A stretch of 64,000 bases of DNA from Candidatus Binatia bacterium (lineage in GTDB: Bacteria; Desulfobacterota; Binatia; Bin18), in the NCBI GenBank assembly GCA_963666315.2, contig CAXXHG010000043.1, positions 695,375 through 759,374 of the forward strand, in the 5' to 3' direction. This document shows positions 58,750-64,000 of this stretch, piece by piece; the first letter of the stretch is position 1; each line of letters starts with the position of its first letter. Made by a program: the position numbers and the translations under genes. Below the pieces are notes generated by a model. It made no database searches and was not told the DNA's origin. It saw nothing but the letters and a program-made list of their open reading frames with translations.

Positions 58750-59493
58750 TTAGCCCGGCAAATATACGCCACCGTTGACATGAATGGTCTGCCCAGTGAT
58801 ATAGGCTGCATCGTCCGACAACAAGAACGACACGGTCGCCGCGATCTCCACCGGTTTACCCGCCCGCCCCACGGGAATGGGTCGGGCTAGCTTTTCGAGT
58901 TCTTGGTCGGAAAACACGACTTTCAGCCCGTCGTGCAAGATGAGGCCCGGAGCGAGGGCATTGACCGTCACCCCGTACGGCGCCAAATCCAGAGCGATGG
59001 AACGCGTATAGCCCGTAATCCCGGCTTTGGCTGCCGCATACGGACCTTGCTCTCCGGCTGCCTGATAGGCGGACTGCGAAGCCAGGTTCACAATACGCCC
59101 AAATCCGCGCTCTTTCATGGCTGGGCTGAACGCGCGCGTCAGGTAGAACGTGCCATGCAGATTGACTCGCAACGTCCGCTCCCAAACCCGGGACTCCTGT
59201 CCTGCTCCGTGAATGCCGGCGTTATTGACGAGATAGGCGATGCAGACGTCTTTTGTCTGCAGCTCCTCAGCCAAAGCGATCACCTGGTCTTCTTTGGTTA
59301 CATCCAGTGCATAAAAACTCACTCGGTCCTGCTGGTCTGCCGGAAAGCCTTCGAGCCACTCACCCGCCTGCTGTGCCGCTCGGTCGCAGGCGATAATGGT
59401 GTGTCCCTCATTCAACAACCGCTGGGTCATGGCTGTGCCTAAGCCGCCGACTGCGCCTGTAATGAGTATGTCTCCGTGTAGTTGGTGAGGCAT
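58750..59493 (-). CDS. SDR family oxidoreductase (FabG-like)
   Basis: TGAVGGLG, NNAG, YAAAK, ITGQTIHVNGG. Confidence 0.9.
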   Translation of the reverse strand: MPHQLHGDILITGAVGGLGTAMTQRLLNEGHTIIACDRAAQQAGEWLEGFPADQQDRVSFYALDVTKEDQVIALAEELQTKDVCIAYLVNNAGIHGAGQESRVWERTLRVNLHGTFYLTRAFSPAMKERGFGRIVNLASQSAYQAAGEQGPYAAAKAGITGYTRSIALDLAPYGVTVNALAPGLILHDGLKVVFSDQELEKLARPIPVGRAGKPVEIAATVSFLLSDDAAYITGQTIHVNGGVYLPG

Positions 59494-59704
59494 AGGTTGT
59501 CCTTCTTATCTTTTACGCTCAGCAGAGAAGCCGTCCAAGGATTTTGTCCCAATACACCGCTATCTACCTGACTGGTCTCTCTCCCGTCAGGCAGACACAG
59601 GGATGCTCGCCACACGGCCGAACCGAAGCGCTGGGGTCTCGCTCCAGCTTTCACCCGCACCCCCGGGCCGCTGCGCGCGTGCCCGGAGGACAGCGCGTCA
59701 CGCT

Positions 59705-60890
59705 TTAGACGCGCTCGATCAGGGTTCCCGTCCCGAGGCCCCCGCCGCAGCACATCGTGATCAGCCCATAGCGGTCTTGCGACCGCTATGGGCTCGTGGA
59801 CGGCCTTGGTGATGAGAAAGCAGCCGGTCGCCCCGAGCGGATGACCCAACGCGATGGCACCACCGTTGGGATTCACGTGTGCCATGTCGGGCTTGATCTC
59901 CTTGGCCCAAGCCAACACGACCGAGGCAAATGCCTCGTTGATTTCCACAACATCGATGTCGTCGATCGAGAGCCCGGCGCGATCAAGCAGTCGGCGGGTA
60001 GCCGGGATCGGCCCTTCGAGCATCAGCACCGGGTCGCAGCCGACAAGGGCCGTCTCGACAATCCGTGCCATAGGCTCACAGCCACGCTCGCGGGCACGCT
60101 CTTCGCTCATCAACAGTATCGCCGCAGCCCCGTCAGCGATCTGGGACGAGGAGCCTGCGGTGTGGACGCCGTCTTCGCGGGCGACGGGCCTAAGGCCGGC
60201 GAGGGCTTCGAGACTCGTTTTGCGTGGGATCTCGTCGGCGGTGACAGTCTTCATCTCGTCGGTGCGTTTCCCGTCTTCATCCATGACCGGTGCCTCGACG
60301 GGAATGATCTGCGCGTCGAAGCGGCCCTCGGAGATCGCACGTGCCGCGCGCAGCTGCGATTCAAGTCCGAAAGCATCAGTATCCGTCCGCGAGATACCAT
60401 ACTTATCGGCGATCCGCTCGGCGCCCTCGAACTAGCTGATGAAATCGTAGTGCTCGAAGTAGCTGCGCGCGACGGGCTTGCCAAAACCGGCTTTCGCGCC
60501 GGCGACCGCATCGGAGCCGATCGGCAGCCGGCTCATGTTCTCGACTCCGCAGGCGAGCACGACGTCTTCCACCCCAGAGGCGATCAGGCTGTAAGCCAGG
60601 TTGGTGGCTTCCTGCGAAGAGCCACACTGAGAATCGACGGTGATACAGGGCACTTCTTCGGCGCCACCGTGAGCGAGCCAGGCGGTACGGGTGACGTTCA
60701 TAGCCTGGGCGCCGACCTTGTTGATACAACCGCCGACGATCTGTCCCACATCGGCGGTGGCCACCCCGGCGCGCCCGAGCACGCCGTTCATGACCTGACC
60801 CAGAACGTCGGTCGGGTGAGCCCCGGCCAGAGATCCATACTTCTTGCCTATCGGCGAACGACCGGCCTTGACGATTACGACTTCGCTCAT
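59705..60890 (-). pseudogene. Acetyl-CoA C-acyltransferase (thiolase) pseudogene
   Basis: DSQCGSS, CGVENMS, NEAFA, GHPLGATG, MCCGGGLG; in-frame TAG at 60432-34 and a frameshift near 59790. Confidence 0.88.
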
Positions 60891-60926
60891 ATCTTTCCTC
60901 CCTAGGGGCGCCTCGGACCCGCCCTA

Positions 60927-60954
60927 TTGAACGCCCTGTTCTAATATATGAACA
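60927..60954. promoter_or_regulatory. Overlapping palindromes upstream of the thiolase, candidate operator
   Basis: TTGAAC-N5-GTTCTA and TGTTC-N8-GAACA. Confidence 0.3.
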
Positions 60955-60994
60955 ATGGTTTGGCAAGGCTGAAAAGCGTGCAAGACATCATTCG

Positions 60995-62161
60995 CTATTT
61001 CTCTCGCGGATGCTCAGTATTGTACTCGCGAATCGCCTGCAAGATCGCCCCACCCGCACGTTTCATGAGTTCTTTCTTATTCGCAGCTACGCGCTTGGCT
61101 GAAGCCTGCAGCGGACGTAGTAACCCTTGCACCTGTGGCATGACATGCCGGGCGAGTAGTTCATAACTCTTGAGGGCTAACTCGGGTGGAGCCCAATCGT
61201 GGGCAAAGCATAAGAGCGTGCCAAAGCCGCCGGAAATTTCCTGTAAGCGAGCGATTTTTTCAAGCGCCTCCTCAGGCGTGCCAAAGATGCCGCCCCCGTG
61301 TTCATCCATACTCCGGGCGGCCTTATAACCATCTTCAAACGGCTTGCGCTTGGGCGTCCCGAGTACGCCGACGATATACTCGTTCTGCCACTGCTGGAGC
61401 CCATCCGCCACTTCTTTATAGGCCTGTTCTTTTGAGGTGGATAAATGAAACGGCATAACGATGCGCCAATCCGCTCGGTCGAGACATTGTCCATGCTCAC
61501 GCGCTGAGGTCTGGCCGAATCCCCATTGCGTGGGCAACGCCGTCAACCCCTCTTCTAAGTACGAGGCAAGAGAGAGCACGCCCACACCATACTTACCAGC
61601 GGCTTTCATGCCCGATGGAGAGATCGACGAAGCAACCGCGACTGGTATCGACTCTTGAAGGGGTCGCAATTGCAGGGCTGCTTCGTGCAGGCTGAACCAG
61701 TCACTTTCGACCGTGATAGGCTCTTCTGCATTGAGCAGGCGCAGGACGACGCCTAAACCTTCATCCATGCGCGCGCGCTGGGTCAGCGGGTCAATACCCA
61801 GCATTACGGCGTCAGACGGTAACGCGCCAGGACCGACACCCAGAATGGCCCGACCGCGGCTCAGATGGTCGAGCTGGACTATCCGCTGGGCAATATTGAA
61901 GGGGTGATGGTATGGAACAGAAATCACGCCGGTGCCTAAGCGAATGCGCTGGGTCCTTTCCGCTGCTGCCACCAGAAACATTTCCGGCGAGCCGATGGTT
62001 TCCCAGCCGGCCGAGTGATGTTCGCCCACCCAGAACTCGTCAAACTGCAGGCGGTCCAGCCAAGCGGCGAGTTCAAGATCGCGCTGAAATTGTAGCGTCG
62101 GGTGTTCCCCGAGCGGATGATGCGGGGCAAGAAAAGCACCAAAGCGAAGTCGTCGAAGCAT
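60995..62161 (-). CDS. LLM-class flavin-dependent oxidoreductase (limonene monooxygenase-like)
   Basis: FGAFLAPHH, WVGEHHS, GPGALPSDA. Confidence 0.9.
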   Translation of the reverse strand: MLRRLRFGAFLAPHHPLGEHPTLQFQRDLELAAWLDRLQFDEFWVGEHHSAGWETIGSPEMFLVAAAERTQRIRLGTGVISVPYHHPFNIAQRIVQLDHLSRGRAILGVGPGALPSDAVMLGIDPLTQRARMDEGLGVVLRLLNAEEPITVESDWFSLHEAALQLRPLQESIPVAVASSISPSGMKAAGKYGVGVLSLASYLEEGLTALPTQWGFGQTSAREHGQCLDRADWRIVMPFHLSTSKEQAYKEVADGLQQWQNEYIVGVLGTPKRKPFEDGYKAARSMDEHGGGIFGTPEEALEKIARLQEISGGFGTLLCFAHDWAPPELALKSYELLARHVMPQVQGLLRPLQASAKRVAANKKELMKRAGGAILQAIREYNTEHPREK

Positions 62162-62194
62162 ACGTTTCTCCGTGTTTATGGAAGGAACCCTCCC

Positions 62195-63403
62195 CTATCT
62201 CCAAGCTCCTGAGGCGTCGGATTGGTAACCAAGTCCCCGGTAGACGGCATCCACCAAGCTCTGTCCCCGCTCGTTGAGCGACAGGCCCGGACCCATCTTA
62301 TTCATGGTGTATCCAAAGGACATGCCCGCTTTAGGATCGGCAAAACCAAACGAGCCGCCGGCACCAACATGGCCGAACGCTTCTTCAGAGATCAAGACAC
62401 TGTCCTGTACTCCAGCTGGCTCCTTACGGTTGTCCATCGTTTTCATGAAGCCCAGGGCAAATCGGGTAGGCATTATCAGCACCGCGTCTTCGCCGGTTGC
62501 GGATGATACGCAGCCCATCCGAGCCAGCGTTTCACTGTTGACGAGTTCGACGTTGCCCTTTTTTCCACCAAGAGCGAGCGGTTCATACATACCCGCCAGT
62601 CCACGTGCGTTGGTGACGCCACCAGCGCCGCCAATTTCTGCCGCATGTGCAGCGCGAGAATCAAACATGGGGGGAGGACCCATATAACCACCCATATTGC
62701 CCATGGTTAAGGCCTGTATCGTGCCCGGTTTGGCAAGCTCTTGAAACAGCCGGCGTGCGGGATCAGGCTTGGCCGGAATCATGGGTGCAACCCGAGACTC
62801 CTTGTCTTCGGGTAAGCCTATCCAGAAGTCTAATCCGAGGGGCTGCGCGATCTCGTCTTTGAAAAAAGTTCCGAGCGATTTTCCGGATACGCGCCGCACA
62901 ACCTCGCCGTTCAGCCAGCCAAAGGTCAGGGCGTGATAGCCATTACGAGTACCAGGCTCCCAAAACGGCTCTTCTTTGGCCAAGGCATTCACCACCAGAT
63001 CCCAATCTGCGTAGGCACCTTGCGGCAAAGTCTCGCGCACGGCGGGTAGACCGGCCTGGTGATTCAACAGCATCTTCACTGGAATATTCTCTTTGCCCGA
63101 CTGGGCAAACTCGGGCCAGTACTTGGCCACAGGCGCATCAAGGTCCAGTTGGCCGCGTGATGCCAGGATATGGGCGCAGATGGCCGTCGCACCCTTTGTT
63201 GATGAAAAGACGATGCTGACCGTCTCTTCGGTCCAAGGTATGTCGGTCCTATTGTTGGCCTTCCCGCCCCACAAGTCGACAACGGTGTGACCGCCGACGG
63301 TCACACACACCGATGCGCCAACTTCGCCTCGCTCTTGAAAATTGCGCTCGAACTCCTGACGAACTTCTTGAAACTTTTGATCGCACGTTCCCTGAACAGC
63401 CAT
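62195..63403 (-). CDS. Serine hydrolase, beta-lactamase/EstB family
   Basis: FSSTK (SxxK), LNHQAGL, GYH, FGHVGAGG. Confidence 0.92.
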   Translation of the reverse strand: MAVQGTCDQKFQEVRQEFERNFQERGEVGASVCVTVGGHTVVDLWGGKANNRTDIPWTEETVSIVFSSTKGATAICAHILASRGQLDLDAPVAKYWPEFAQSGKENIPVKMLLNHQAGLPAVRETLPQGAYADWDLVVNALAKEEPFWEPGTRNGYHALTFGWLNGEVVRRVSGKSLGTFFKDEIAQPLGLDFWIGLPEDKESRVAPMIPAKPDPARRLFQELAKPGTIQALTMGNMGGYMGPPPMFDSRAAHAAEIGGAGGVTNARGLAGMYEPLALGGKKGNVELVNSETLARMGCVSSATGEDAVLIMPTRFALGFMKTMDNRKEPAGVQDSVLISEEAFGHVGAGGSFGFADPKAGMSFGYTMNKMGPGLSLNERGQSLVDAVYRGLGYQSDASGAWR

Positions 63404-63478
63404 TGAACTCCCTCCTTATATATTCTCTATAGCCTAGCTCTCAGCGGTCCTCACCAAACTCGGTCTTGCCCCAGAAGC

Positions 63479-64000
63479 CTAGAGGGGCGGAAGAGCGGCA
63501 GTACTTATCGATCGCAGCTCAAACCCCTCATAGCCGCTGGCGGCTACCTCCGCACACTTCTTCCGATATTCTCGGGCGCTGTTCGCATACAGGAGGACGG
63601 CGCGTTTCTTGCCGGGAATATTCGACCCCATAAACCAGGAATCCGCAGCGCTCAATATCGTACCCGCGGCCAACTCGTTGGAGTGCTGCACCCATGTCTC
63701 TTCCGCCTCCAGGGTGGGCGCGATGCAGGCCAAGTCCTTCTCGCGCAGGTGGCCGATGCAATCAGCAATCCATTCTACGACCATCTCGGCGCATACGGTG
63801 TAGTTACATAACGCCGAGTTCATGCCAATAAAGAAATTCGGGAAGCCGGCAGTTTGAAGGCCCAGGTAGCTACGCGGTCCGTCAGCCCATTTGTCCTTAA
63901 ACGTCTGCCCACCTTCGCCCCGAATATCGATCCGAGTTAACGGCCCAGACACCGCGTCAAAACCCGTTGCATAGACGATGATGTCGAATTCGTACTCGGC
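63479..64000 (-). CDS. Baeyer-Villiger monooxygenase, C-terminal part (5' end outside window)
   Basis: YATGFD, GFPNFF, SWFMGSNIPGK. Confidence 0.88.
   Translation of the reverse strand, partial: AEYEFDIIVYATGFDAVSGPLTRIDIRGEGGQTFKDKWADGPRSYLGLQTAGFPNFFIGMNSALCNYTVCAEMVVEWIADCIGHLREKDLACIAPTLEAEETWVQHSNELAAGTILSAADSWFMGSNIPGKKRAVLLYANSAREYRKKCAEVAASGYEGFELRSISTAALPPL

Noticed and set aside
20994-60890. Stop-codon recoding (in-frame TAG/TAA at Gln/Glu positions in the SDR, vapB and thiolase)
   Set aside because: The SDR and thiolase also carry frameshifts, and many intact genes end in TAG or TAA. These are ordinary nonsense mutations.
59796-60905. 369-aa + strand ORF (and similar ones at 33392, 28790, 6027, 11313)
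   Set aside because: Antisense shadows of well-supported genes in GC-rich DNA, with no motifs or RBS.
1-64000. tRNA/rRNA genes, prophage or secondary-metabolite core genes
   Set aside because: No cloverleaf or rRNA motifs, phage genes, PKS/NRPS or RiPP precursors recognised by eye.

Overview
A bacterial chromosomal window of moderate GC (roughly mid-50s %, judged by eye), almost entirely catabolic and redox 'accessory' metabolism. It carries 4 amidohydrolase_2 paralogs, a secreted amidohydrolase pair, 4 luciferase-like (LLM) oxidoreductases, 3 CaiB/BaiF CoA-transferases, 3 Baeyer-Villiger/FMO monooxygenases, 2 cytochromes P450, 2 acyl-CoA dehydrogenase-fold proteins, a hydantoinase/carboxylase A-B pair, glpK, SDRs, MBL hydrolases, a GST and two VOC paralogs. 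This paralog profile suggests a Ca. Binatia / Tectomicrobia-like organism (inference only). Between intact genes lie small toxin-antitoxin modules, an IS30 relic, at least ten gene remnants or pseudogenes, and several families of REP-like hairpins. Highlights: (1) REP-type hairpin doublets packaged inside IS-like terminal inverted repeats with TTA/TA target duplications (composite MITEs), one copy interrupted by IS30; (2) a stand-alone IS630-type HTH gene behind a consensus sigma54 promoter with upstream direct repeats and a structured leader; (3) an unannotated UxxC selenocysteine peroxiredoxin-like gene with a SECIS-like hairpin; (4) an lvaAB-like kinase operon whose kinase has Ala at the catalytic Asp; (5) an active plus catalytically degenerate amidohydrolase pair; (6) chimeric deletion junctions recording gene loss. 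No rRNA, tRNA or CRISPR array was seen.
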